Source: Octopus sinensis (lineage: Eukaryota). From it: DNA of 64,000 bases. Below are positions 1-12,174 of the stretch, in pieces. Made by a program: the position numbers and the translations under genes. The stretch lies in assembly GCF_006345805.1 (NCBI RefSeq), contig NC_043002.1:16058001-16122000 (forward strand). The letters run 5' to 3'. Position 1 is the stretch's first letter. The number at the start of each line of letters is the position of its first letter. Under the pieces are notes generated by a model, which was not told the DNA's origin, searched no databases, and worked only from the letters and a program-made list of their open reading frames with translations.

Positions 1-153
1 TTATGTATTAGACATTCACTAGTACAACACCAAAAAAACCCCAAATATATGGCACAGAACTTCCAACCTGTTGTCTCTTGAGGTCTCTGGGTGAGACTTG
101 GATCCAACTTGTACAGACATAAAGTAAAAGTCAAACATAGAATAATAATAATA

Positions 154-220
<67 letters not shown>
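1..220 (+). mobile_element. 3' end of a non-LTR retrotransposon with (AAT)n tail, probably R4/Dong-like
   Basis: Unique sequence ending ...aaagtcaaacatag runs directly into (AAT)n at 141-220, the same tail style as the R4-like fragments elsewhere in the window; no coding part is visible. Confidence 0.45.
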
Positions 221-370
221 TCATCGAAAAGTAGCTGAGGAATGAGAACTCAGGTTCAAACTTTCCGAAAGACACCTGATAAATGCTGGAGGGTGTATCA
301 GCCGAAACGTTGTGTTAACAACAACCAAGATGAGTACAAATATCCGTCAAATTAAAATTATGTAAATTAT
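221..370 (+). mobile_element. Penelope pLTR-like fragment with degenerate minimal hammerhead
   Basis: 271-316: gacac-CTGATAA-(a)tgctg..cagcc-GAAACGTT-gtgtt; the same family occurs on the minus strand at 63170-63400. Confidence 0.6.
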
Positions 371-431
371 ATATACATATATACATGCATGTGTGTGTAC
401 GTATGTATGAACATATGTATATGTATGTATA

Positions 432-492
<61 letters not shown>

Positions 493-504
493 GTATATAT
501 ATGT

Positions 505-543
<39 letters not shown>

Positions 544-544
544 T

Positions 545-1080
545 GAGTGTATTTTTACCTAGTTAACAATTAACACGGAAAAAATAAATAAATAGTTACC
601 AGGGTAGCAAAAATCTCACAAGTAAAGATGTTGTAACTCCTTGTTTATAAAGGTAGAAACTTCGTGTTTACGTGGAATATTTTGAATAATATATGAATAA
701 ATAAATGGAGTTTACGGTAGGTGTAAATCAAATACTTTTACTTTCGACACATGTTTCGAAAATTCCACTGATACTATTCAAAAGAATAAATGGTATAAAC
801 AATGCAATCTTCTCTTCGGGAAAGTGAATAAAACGAACACATTTTATATAATTCCCAGACGTTGTCTCTGCTCCGAGGAATCCCTCTATATTCTCTGGAC
901 TAAAGAGAAGATCATTAGAAGAATTTCTGAAAGACTCTGGAGATAACTACACGCATATCACTGTACTTTCGCACAATTTTGCGGGAATGAATTTGAGTAA
1001 CTGTTAACATAATTTACTTTAAGGTATGGATAAATGAAATTTACTTTTAACCTCTCCATTCATGTAAACAACAAATAGAA
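545..1080 (-). mobile_element. Penelope pLTR-like remnant with degenerate hammerhead (740-826)
   Basis: Minus strand reads actttc-CCGAAGA-gaagattgca...tggaattttc-GAAACATGTGTC-gaaagt; stems I and II pair. Confidence 0.55.
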
Positions 1081-1319
1081 ATTTAACTTGCTCTCTGATT
1101 TTGAGTGCACTATAACACACGTGTGCGTATGCATATATTTTCGCGCTTGCTTCTATGAGCGAGTGTGCACGCGCTATGCACCTTCCTTGAGGGCTTTCAT
1201 AAATCCATATTTCTTAACGGTTATTTCAATACTTTTCAAGGTGTATTTTGTATTCGTTTCTTTTATACATCTGTGATTTTTTAAAAATATTCTATGTAAA
1301 TGAAAATAGTTCCTTCGTT

Positions 1320-1850
1320 TTGCTGCTTTTCTTTCTATTATATGAGAAGATACATTGCGGGACTCATATTTAACAAGTTGTATTTATTCATCACCCGTTC
1401 AGACACATCTGCATAGCCGAATGCTTCTAAACCAGTGATAGATGCCAGATCTGTCGAAACAATTGTCGTGATCAATAATATATTCCCGCATATTCTATCT
1501 TCCGTCTTTCATTTACCATATATATATATATTTGTTTGTCTGTGTGAGTGTTTATATATATCGGAAATTGTGGCATAACAAGGCACCAGTTTCTGCTGGA
1601 AATAGCAGTACAACATAACAGTTCGACGCTAAGTAAAGCTTCACTGAATGTAGATCGGCACAAGTGTGCGCAGTCGGCGATTATCAAAACAAATCATATT
1701 ATCTCTAGGAAGAACGCCAGAAATACAGACAACCTATCACTCGAGTTTGAAATTTTTCAGAATATTTTTTATCGTAAAACTCGTTTCTCTTCCTCCGATA
1801 GGTCTACCCAAAACATATATTTAAAATATCCGCTACTTTATTTATAATTC
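1320..1850 (+). mobile_element. Penelope-like remnant: degenerate hammerhead (1390-1472) followed by a possible GIY-YIG 3' relic
   Basis: atcac-(ccgttca)-gacacatctg..cagatctgtc-GAAACAATTGTC-gtgat; the ORF at 1548-1847 has a weak YIG...QH...RH.C pattern. Confidence 0.4.
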
Positions 1851-1938
1851 AATATTTACATTGCTTTCTTTTGCTGAAAAATAATATTGCATTTTAATAA
1901 GAACAGCAACAACAACAACAATAATAACAATAATGATA

Positions 1939-1970
<32 letters not shown>

Positions 1971-2191
1971 GATGATATATTCATATTTGTGTTGGTGGGT
2001 CTATTTTGCGAAAAACATATCTTCGCACGATCTCTATAATAAAATATGTTTGTACGACAGAAACAATTGTTGGATTTGTAAGGGAAATTCTACAATTAAA
2101 GCAGTGATATACTTCATACCATATTCTTATTCTTGTTGTACACGTATACATACATTTATATGTGTGTGTGAATATGTGTATACACACGTAT

Positions 2192-2283
<92 letters not shown>

Positions 2284-2466
2284 AACATATATGTATATAT
2301 ATATATATGTAAAATTTTATCAATGACCAGCATATTAAAAAAATACCTTTAAAGGTTAAATTTATAAACAACTTGTAAACAAGGGCAAAAGAAAAAAATG
2401 TATTTTGCCCTTGTTAAAAAGTTATGTATAATTATATATATCTATATAAATATATATATGTGTGTG

Positions 2467-2501
<35 letters not shown>

Positions 2502-2502
<1 letters not shown>

Positions 2503-2728
2503 AGTAATTCCTCGCCATATCACTGTTTACCTATCGTGCACACAGTATATCACGGTTCTCCTATCGTGCGCACAGTGCATTGCGTAATTTTCTGGCTAAC
2601 ATATCTAAAGTTATATACTGCTCAGTATATCAGAATTTTGTGGCAGCCGATGGGTATTTGTATATTTTAGATTTAACTCATTTCTGAGTTAGGATGTTGA
2701 ACGTCAAGACCGCGATAGGTGAGGTATT

Positions 2729-2732
<4 letters not shown>
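2502..2732. mobile_element. Tigger/pogo-like MITE, about 230 bp
   Basis: TA-flanked imperfect TIRs: CAGTAATTCCTCGCCATATCAC at the left and CCGCGATAGGTGAGGTATTACAA at the right. Confidence 0.6.
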
Positions 2733-2771
<39 letters not shown>

Positions 2772-2772
2772 T

Positions 2773-2821
<49 letters not shown>

Positions 2822-2831
2822 GTAATACTTG

Positions 2832-2872
<41 letters not shown>

Positions 2873-2877
<5 letters not shown>

Positions 2878-3112
2878 GGGCGTTTCTACACATAAATGCC
2901 CCATGCTATGAGGACATTTAAAGTCAAAACTACCATAATAAATACAGCGTACATAATGCGGGGGAATGCAACTCTAGAAGCGATTTCTTAGAGTTCCATT
3001 CGCTTCTAGAGTTCCATTTCCTCGCGTTCGGTACGTTGTATTCTTTATGGTTGTTTTTATTTTAACTGTCCCTCATCGCGTGAGGAATTTATGTGTAGAA
3101 ATGTCCTTAATA
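2873..3112. repeat. Foldback palindrome (about 110-bp imperfect arms) next to (TA)n
   Basis: gggcgtttctacacataaat...aactctagaagcga / tcgcttctagagtt...atttatgtgtagaaatgtcc. Confidence 0.8.
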
Positions 3113-3522
3113 TAAATAAATATATTTAAAGGGAATAATTATAAATTTTTCCATTATAAGGATTTTCACGCTGACTACTTGATAAATTCTTATAAAAATT
3201 TTATCCTAGTTTTAAAATTATATGTATATAAAAATAAAGTTACATAATGAGGGAAGAAATTAATATTAATTATTAATTAATTAATATAAATTTAAACCAG
3301 TGGTCTAGCATACATACAAAATCCGAACATTAGGAAGTTATATTACATATATATATATATATATATCTATAAGAGGAATAACCACCAAAATTGATTCCTA
3401 ATATGCTATAAGAAGATGGTAAATCGTGTTACCTCGAAGAACTTGTTCTCTGAAATTACTTGAGAATACATTCTTCCTGGTAAGACGATTTAGCATCTTC
3501 TTGAAAGGCATACAGGTTTCAC

Positions 3523-4181
3523 TGAATTTGAATGCGCACCGATTACCGGACAGTGTCGGGTCTACTAGTCCCTGAGTAAAAACATTATGTGTAAGGGAGG
3601 TAAGTAATTCTGGATTTGATGCAATTAGGGTAAATATAATATTGTAATGTCAATGGTGTATTGGATTTATGGGGGTTATTAGTATTAATTAAAGGTTTAG
3701 TAGTGTTCTACCTTAACTATGCCATTACCTGCTTAGGGTGCGGTACTCAGTATATTCGCCAAATAGATATATTACTCCGTCAAAAAACCACTCTCCACAA
3801 AGAACAAATCATCCACCCCCATATACAAATATACAGGTTAGTGAACACATATAAAGGTGTGCAAGGAACCTTAATCCAAATGTTCCCCCTCTGTCAATAT
3901 TCACAACACACCTCAGTACAGCAAAAAATGAATAGAGGCAACTTTCATAAATAAATATCTGCCACAACTCAATATGAACACATGGCATAATACAGAACAT
4001 TACTAGCACTTCAATTAAATACCACTAATCCGCATATATCCCATACACCATTCACATTATAGTATTATATCTACCCCAATTATACCAAATCCAGAACTAC
4101 AAACCTGCCTTACACATAATGTTTTTACTCAGGGACTAGTAGACCCGACACCGTTCGGTAATCAGTGCGCATTCAAAGTCA
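3523..4181 (+). mobile_element. Truncated Penelope-like insertion: GIY-YIG relic between inverted pLTR-like arms
   Basis: ORF 3661-3954 YAITCLGCGTQYIRQ..LLRQKTTLHKEQI aligns by eye to YVITCAGCNRQYIGH..LRNRMAVHKSQI at 14827-15198; arms 3523-3695 and 4010-4181 are inverted. Confidence 0.7.
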
Positions 4182-4519
4182 GTAAACAGTAATTTTAGGA
4201 AACCGGTATGTTTTGAATCTCTTTAGCAATTCAGAAAATTGACTTTTATTACTGTTATTCCTACCTCAATTCATTTAATTGTATATATCGATCGTTACTT
4301 TTCATAAAAAGCCTTTAGTTTTTTGATTTCCAATGTGCAATTTCGCTTTTTTCAACTTACTTTCCACTTACATTTCAACGTGTAGTTTCTATTTTCATTT
4401 TGTTACAAGTTTCTATTATATATATATATATACATACATCTAATATAGGATAAAAGTTTCGGAAAAATGTTATGAATGCCCAGCATATTAAAAAAATACC
4501 TTTAAAGGTTAAATTTATA

Positions 4520-4715
4520 AACAAGGACAAAAGAAAAAAATGTCGATGCCAAATATGCCGAAATAGACTTATTCGTCAATAACCATATAATTTATCACTA
4601 GTGATAAATTACATGGTTATTATATGATAGATTATATAGTGATAAATTATATGGATATTGACGATTAAGTCTATTTCGGCATATTTGGCATTTACTTTTT
4701 TCTTTTGCCCTTTTT
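4520..4715. repeat. Foldback palindrome, same family as 50600-50928 and the fragment at 2316-2400
   Basis: atgccaaatatgccgaaatagactt / aagtctatttcggcatatttggcat; shares the flank cagcatattaaaaaaatacctttaaaggttaaatt. Confidence 0.85.
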
Positions 4716-4814
4716 TGTAAGTTATATATACTCACACACACATATATATATGCATATACATATACATACATATACATACATATACATACACACACACACT
4801 CACACACACATATA

Positions 4815-4900
<86 letters not shown>

Positions 4901-4939
4901 CGTGTGTGTATATATATATTACTTCTTTTGCTTGTTCTA

Positions 4940-5245
4940 TGTGCTTCACTGATGTGACTCTCACCATGCTGGACCACCACCTTTAGTCAGAGACGTCGAC
5001 ACCAGCATTTACTGTCTGAAAGCCTGGTATCTACTGCATAATCTGTACGGTATAATCCCGGACAGACAAATACATGTATAAATATACGACGGATTTCTTT
5101 TCAGTTTCCCTCTACCAAATCTACCCTTTGGTCGGTCCGAGGCCATATTTCAAAAAGCTTGCACAAGGTTCCACCCAGTGGGACTGAACCCCGAACTGAG
5201 TGGCTGGGAAGCAAGCTTTTTACCACACAAGCACTCCTGCACTCA
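4940..5245 (-). mobile_element. SINE family A (tRNA head, CORE-like domain), degenerate
   Basis: Reverse complement of the head gcaggagtg..tgtgtggtaa..cggggttcagtcccactg..ccttgtgcaag. Confidence 0.65.
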
Positions 5246-5298
5246 CACACACACACACACACATACACACACACACACACTGACACAACACACATATA

Positions 5299-6490
5299 CA
5301 GGGGTTAGCCAAAATAATGGACACGCCTAGCATCATAGCATCATAATTTTGAAATATCGATAAAACCGTCAGAAGCGTGATTGTTTTTATGTTTTTGATT
5401 TATTATCTGTGTTGCTTAATATGTTTTGCTAAAATTGCTGTTTCTTTTAAGATAATATCTGGAAAAGGTAATTAAAATTCATTAAAATTATAGATATATC
5501 GGACTTTCAAATGGGTCAATTTGTTTGTACTAGTATGGCGAGCGCTAGTGTAACAAAAATAAACGAAATATTTCGTGTATCAAGGAGTACTGTCTCGAAA
5601 ATAATGACGGCCTTTGAGAAAGACCTCCTCCTGGAATGAAAACTCCGGAAGAAAACCAAAACTTTCATACAGGGGCCGCCAAACTCTTACGCGAATTGTT
5701 AGAAAGGATAACAAAAGTAAAGCTCCCAAAATTACTACAGATTTTAATGACTACCTCAAGAACCCAGTTTCGACGGGAGCTGCACAAAGGTGAATTTCAC
5801 AGGAGGGCTGCAATCAGGAGACCATTACTTTCAAAAACAGACGTTGCAAAGCGTTTAGACTGGAGTAGAAACCTATAGAAATGGCCCCTAGGTCCGTGAA
5901 ATAATGATATTTTCTCGGCCGTGTCATCTTTTACCATATTGCCGACCCCCGGTCGAGTGTGGAGACAGCCAAAAGAAGCATTTGACCAAGACTGCCTTCT
6001 TTCAATTGTTAAACATGGAAGAGGATCTGTGATATCTGGATGGTTATATCTTGAAAATCCGCCGGCTAAATGGTTTCCCTTCGTGGCAGAATTAATATTC
6101 ACATCTAAGCATTTTATCGGATCAAATTCATCCGATGTTTGCGGAAGGAAACGCAATCTTTCAGCATGGTAATGCACCAATTCACACAGCTAAAGTAGTT
6201 ACTGAATGGCATGAGGAACATTCTAGTGAAGTTAACATCTTATCTTGCCACCACAATCGCCAGCTCTCAATAGTATTGAACATTTATGGTGCATTTTAGA
6301 AAAGCAAGTAAGGAGTCGATATGCTCCACAATCATCGCTACAAGAACTGGAGACTGTTTTAACAGAAGAATGTACAAAAATACGTTTGGAAACAATTCAA
6401 ATTGTGTGCGGCACCATTCCTCAGAGAGAATTAAAGCTGTAATTACTGCCAAAGTCTGTCCTACCACTTATTAAAATATTTCTGGTTACA
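5299..6490 (+). mobile_element. Tc1-like DNA transposon relic, 3' TIR not found
   Basis: TA|CAGGGGTTAGCCAAAATAATGGACAC terminus; frameshifted transposase motifs RRPLLSK, VKHGRGSV, FQHGNAPIHTAK, PPQSPALNSIEHLW. Confidence 0.9.
5493..6467 (+). pseudogene. Tc1-family transposase pseudogene
   Basis: ORF fragments 5636-5878, 5921-6172 and 6245-6442 in different frames carry HTH and DDE-domain motifs. Confidence 0.88.
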
Positions 6491-8454
6491 TTTTATATAT
6501 ATGTGTGTGAGTACTATTTACAATGTGATTTTCAATTATTATCAATTGGAGAGATGCGCATGTTATTTTCGAATTTTCTGTTTAAAAGCAATCAGGCTTT
6601 AAGATCCTGTCAATAGAAACTCTATTTGACTTTGTTGAAATTCACACGTTAGAAAGCAATTTAGGACGTGCCATTTTGTTCTGATCGCTCACGTTATTTT
6701 CACAAATTAGAAAGCGCACTGATCTTCTCTTGAGATTAGAAAACTTTATTATAACTGTTGATATTATGTCTGCTATATGAACAAAATAAGTGGAGCAGAC
6801 AAAGTTGTGTGCCCCGTATTTCATAACTGGTTATTGAATTGTTTTCATCTGTCGACACCGAATAATTATCATCGACGTAATTATAACCCATTCTAATTGG
6901 CCGTTATATAACGCTATTTGGGAGATCTGCCGATGCTTCACATCAATATTACTGTTATTGAATGCAGTGTATTTATTATATCCTCAAGGCAGTCTGGGAA
7001 AATGTCTTTATTAAGTGGAATTCGTTTGACCAATTTCTTTACATCCAACTGAGGCAGACTTTGGTTTTCATAATCGTCAGGTTGCACTAAAAGGAAAGCA
7101 ACTATGAATTCCTATAGTCGAAGTAATTGATTTCACTATCCCTCGAAAAGATTGAGCTTGTCTTTATATTAGAAAAGTCTATGGTTATTGATATCTCAGC
7201 AACGGTGATATTCAGATAATAGAGGGAAGATAAGATACTAACTACGGAATAAGAGATATTGGTAGTGTAATGCAAATTTTACAAGACGTTGTTCAATGAC
7301 TACTAAATGACTGAATACGTGTGCGTGGATACTCATATCCGTATGTGTGTGTCTGCGTATGCGTGTGTGTTTGTATATGTATGTTTGTTTGCGTGTGTGT
7401 CTGTGTATGTGATTGAGCATGCGTGTATGTGTATATTGGTGCGTATGCAATTATACATGAATGTGCATGTGCACATATGTATAGGAATTGATGCTTTAGA
7501 GCGCAACAAAGAGACTCAACTTAAATACAGCCTACTCTATATAATGTGATACTTTCTGCAAAACTTGGGACGAAATAATTACATTGAAAATCGATAAGAA
7601 TCTCAGCAGAGAATAGAAGTGTAATATTTAAATAATCTCAAATTTTACTCTCCGTATTTCGTGTTTCACATAAATTTCATAGCCTCGAGGAACTTATAGA
7701 TTTTAGTGTTTCATATTTTCGTTTACATCTATTTTTATATTGCAGATATATGCGTGTGACGAGGTGTAACAGTTGTACATGTGTGCATGTATTCACACTG
7801 ATGGGTATGCGTCATTACGTGTTTGAATATGTTTGTTAGTGTGTGTATACTTTGAAGTACATATTTGCATTTGTCTGTATTGATCTATGCAAGTGTGTTT
7901 ATGTTCTACATTAATATCAGTGTATAAAAATGCATCCATATTTATTGTATGTACACGCACAGAGGCATACTTCATATATACATACTTATACACGCACTCA
8001 AAGAGACACACGCATTAATTTGAACGCGTGTATTTGCGTTGAGTGTGTGTAAATGTGCATGTGGATAGGAATTAGAATATATTAAAGTTAAGAGGTGTGC
8101 GGGTAGATATGCTATTTCGCAAACCTATGTGTTTTGCTTCGTATTTGAATATATGTCATTATTAAGAAAGTTTACGTAGTGAAGTAAATATGAACGCTAA
8201 CATGCCCATATGCACGTGTTTACGTGTGTGTAACTGGTTACGTATTTCATTCATTCGTTTTTATCGTGTTTCATATCCTGAGTTGTCACTGCATTAAAGT
8301 ACACAATCAGCATCTTATAGGAACTAAAAAATGAATAGCTGAGAAAAACTTATATTATATAGTTGACGACACATAATCATATAAAAGTACGTACATGGAT
8401 CGATAATGATACATGCAAAGTCATAAATTCATCTACAAATATATTCGTTTATTT

Positions 8455-8633
8455 ATTTCAGTCATTTGACTGCGGCTATGATGGAGCACTGCCTTTGGTC
8501 AAACAAATCGACCACACGACTTATTCCTTGTAAGCCTAGTACTTATTTTATAGGTCAGTTTTCCCGAACAGCTACGTTACAGAAAGGTAAATACACCAAC
8601 ATCGGCTGTCAAGCGATGATCGGGGGAGGGCAC

Positions 8634-8731
<98 letters not shown>

Positions 8732-8873
8732 AGACGGGCTTCTTTCAGTTTCCCTCTAACAAATCCATTCATAAGGCTTTGGGTCAGCCAGAGGCTAGAG
8801 TAGAAGACACTTGCACAAGGTGCTACGCAGTGGGACTGAACCCGGAACCATGTGGTTGCTTAGCAAGCTACTT
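8455..8873 (-). mobile_element. SINE A, body and tail part, split by the ORF1-only LINE
   Basis: Tail gtcatttgactgcggc..ggagcac, internal (TA)n; the head continues at 11281-11315. Confidence 0.9.
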
Positions 8874-9040
8874 TATTTCAAAACATTTGCCATAAAGGCA
8901 GTACACAGATTAAGTTAGCTTTGCGGGCTGGACGAGGACATTAATGAAGTGAATGATAATGAAAGAAAGATGATAAGGATGGGAGAAGACAAAAAGCGCC
9001 CGTCGACTTTCGCTTCTCTAAAACATTGTTCTTTTTAAGG

Positions 9041-9486
9041 ATAAACACAAAACGAGGTATTAAACCTCTTACAATTTTTCCAATTTTTGGACTTAGCAGT
9101 CCATTATTAATAAAAATAAACACAAAACGAGGTATTAAACCTCTTACAATTTTTCAATTTTTGGACTTAGCAGTCCATTATTAATAAAAATAAACACAAA
9201 ACGAGGTATTAAACCTCTTACAATTTTTCAATTTTTGGACTTAGCAGTCCATTATTAATAAAAATAAACACAAAACGAGGTATTAAACCTCTTACAATTT
9301 TTCAATTTTTGGACTTAGCAGTCCATTATTAATAAAAATAAACACAAAACGAGGTATTAAACCTCTTACAATTTTTCCAATTTTTGGACTTAGCAGTCCA
9401 TTATTAATAAAAATAAACACAAAACGAGGTATTAAACCTCTTACAATTTTTCAATTTTTGGACTTAGCAGTCCATTACTAATAATA
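9041..9486. repeat. Six near-identical 74-75 bp tandem units
   Basis: Unit starts at 9041, 9116, 9190, 9264, 9338 and 9413; each holds GAGGT-attaa-ACCTC and TGGACT-tagc-AGTCCA hairpins. Confidence 0.97.
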
Positions 9487-9498
9487 ACAGTTCAATAA

Positions 9499-10650
9499 TT
9501 ACATATCGTCCTCGAAGTCGCTTGTGCCCGCGCCCTCCACCATCAACCACGCCTCCCTCAGAACGAAATCAAGTTCCGAGTCAGCGTCGCCCGGGACCAA
9601 GTTATAGTCTTCATTGAGCTCCTTTAGCCCATGCTCTTCCATCACTTTTTCAATTTCTCCTCCTCTATAGAAGAGGACCAATACGTTCAGTTCTTTCGGT
9701 GGCGGCACAGTTCCCGCCAACAGTATTCCTTCTCTTGTCGGTGGCACAACCCCAACCGACGTAGTTCCGGGACATTCCGGTGCTACACTGACAGTCGGTA
9801 ATGTCCCGTTTTTCTTCCTCTTTTTCTTTTCTTTTCCCTTTTCAACTGAGGGAGGGTGCGTCTCCTCCGTGGCTGGAAGATTCGCCTTCCTCTCCTCCTC
9901 CCTATTATCCTTTGGTGAACACCCATTGTTGCTCACCTTCCTCTTTCGGCCTCTGTTTGAGGAGTCCTCTGCTTTCTCGGCCGTTATCATTCTCTCTTCT
10001 AGAGGGGTTTTACTTAACTGTTCCGGGATCCTATTTTGTTCCCGGGGACAGTTCTTCTTTATGTGGCCGGACTCCAAGCACCGATGGCACTTAGGGGGGT
10101 GACCCTCAAGCATCACCGGGTACCTGCACCCGGCCATTTTCAAAAAATCTGGAAGAACCAGATTGGCTGATTGGGTCCACAGGGTCAAAATTGCTTTTGA
10201 CCCAACCCAAGCAGCCGCAGGAAGAACTTTTACATTAAGGAGCTTAGTTTCGCTGCCACCCAGACCCCGGCGGATAGTTTCCTCTATCCACTCGGGTTCT
10301 ATGTCGGGTGGCAGACCGCAAATCCAAGCTTTCATCAATTTCTTTTTTTTTGTACGTGGGCAGGAATAAGATTTCCTTACCCTCCAGGGGTTTGCTAGTA
10401 AATTTGCAAGCCTCTTCAGGGGTGTCAAATAGCAACCACACCGTTGCATATTTGACACCCCTGGAAATGAATTTAATTGTTGGCAAATACTCTTCCAACT
10501 CCTTTTCATTTGCCGTCTTTTCGAACAGGGCGATGGTGTCGAGTGATTGGAGTAGGTTCTCAACACCACCGTCCCATCTTCACGGTCTTTTAACCACTTT
10601 TTAGGCGGTATGATCTCCCATTCCAAAAGTTTGTTATTTTTCATTGCCAT
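9499..10650 (-). CDS. LINE ORF1 / gag-like nucleic-acid-binding protein (RRM-like regions plus CCHC knuckle), 383 aa with two compensating frameshifts
   Basis: CHRCLESGHIKKNC zinc knuckle; the RRM-like segment YLPTIKFISRGVKYATVWLLFDTPEEACKF is in the alternate frame (ORF 10244-10498) between homopolymers at 10573-10575 and 10343-10351. Confidence 0.85.
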   Translation of the reverse strand: MAMKNNKLLEWEIIPPKKWLKDREDGTVVLRTYSNHSTPSPCSKRRQMKRSWKSICQQLNSFPGVSNMQRCGCYLTPLKRLANLLANPWRVRKSYSCPRTKKKKLMKAWICGLPPDIEPEWIEETIRRGLGGSETKLLNVKVLPAAAWVGSKAILTLWTQSANLVLPDFLKMAGCRYPVMLEGHPPKCHRCLESGHIKKNCPREQNRIPEQLSKTPLEERMITAEKAEDSSNRGRKRKVSNNGCSPKDNREEERKANLPATEETHPPSVEKGKEKKKRKKNGTLPTVSVAPECPGTTSVGVVPPTREGILLAGTVPPPKELNVLVLFYRGGEIEKVMEEHGLKELNEDYNLVPGDADSELDFVLREAWLMVEGAGTSDFEDDM

Positions 10651-11280
10651 GTTCTTTTTTTTTTTCTTTTTTTTTAAATGTATTCAGAGTAAAACTAAAA
10701 AACGAGAGGAAAAGGAAATTCGAAGAAAGTCACAGTGAAAAAGGAGAGAGTCAAATAAAGTTAAAAAGAAAGTCAAATAAAGTTAAAAAGAAAGTCAATA
10801 ACACAGCAAAAACCTTCTGGCCATTTGGTACTCCCGGCCTAAATTGAACCAGGAACGCACAACTTCCACAAAACTTGGTGTAAAATTGGTAAAACTTGTT
10901 CAAGCTTCGGAGGCAAAATACTCCCCTATATAGCAGTTTTCACAAAAAGTTCTTTACAGCACAATACAATTCTCACAATTACGTGAAAAAAATATTCACT
11001 CAATTTATCGGGGACGGATACGCCCCTCCACTGTTTTTTTTTTTCAATAAACACAAAAACGGCAGCCGCCGAGAGCAGGCGAAATTGTCTCAGAGTTGGA
11101 CACAACTTACTGAAATAATAATTGGCAGGCAATAAATTATGCCCAACTGACAATAAACAAAATCACTTACCTCGACAACTTTCCGTTTTTTGTCTTTTTT
11201 CTTTAATTGGACGGAGCTGGTTGGCTCGCGTCCACTCTGGCTGAACAGGAAGCAACTGACTAACTGCGCATGTGTGTTAT

Positions 11281-11315
11281 CAAGCTACTTACCACACAGC
11301 CACTTCTGCGCCTAT
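11281..11315 (-). mobile_element. SINE A 5' head (remainder of 8455-8873)
   Basis: caagctacttaccacacagccacttctgcgcct matches the heads of other copies. Confidence 0.9.
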
Positions 11316-11336
11316 ATATATATAATATATATATAC

Positions 11337-12005
<669 letters not shown>

Positions 12006-12174
12006 GGGTATATTTTAAGGGCTAAAAGCCAATATGTAAATAGCCATATGCTAGAAATAGATCACCTACGATCAAACTACAAAGATAAAAGAATGTTCTC
12101 TAGGGAATTATTCAGCGGACACCAGAAAAATAGTCGAGAAAGACAGATGAAAATTATATAAAAAAACAAGAATT

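Larger units (their letters stand above)
8874..11280 (-). mobile_element. Full-length ORF1-only non-autonomous LINE (Tx1/L1-like) with 10-bp TSD
   Basis: TSD caagctactt at 8864-8873 and 11281-11290; single gag-like ORF; no RT or endonuclease. Confidence 0.85.

Noticed and set aside
9041-9486. CRISPR-like appearance of the hairpin repeat array
   Set aside because: The units are identical along their whole length with no variable spacers, no cas genes are present, and the context is eukaryotic.
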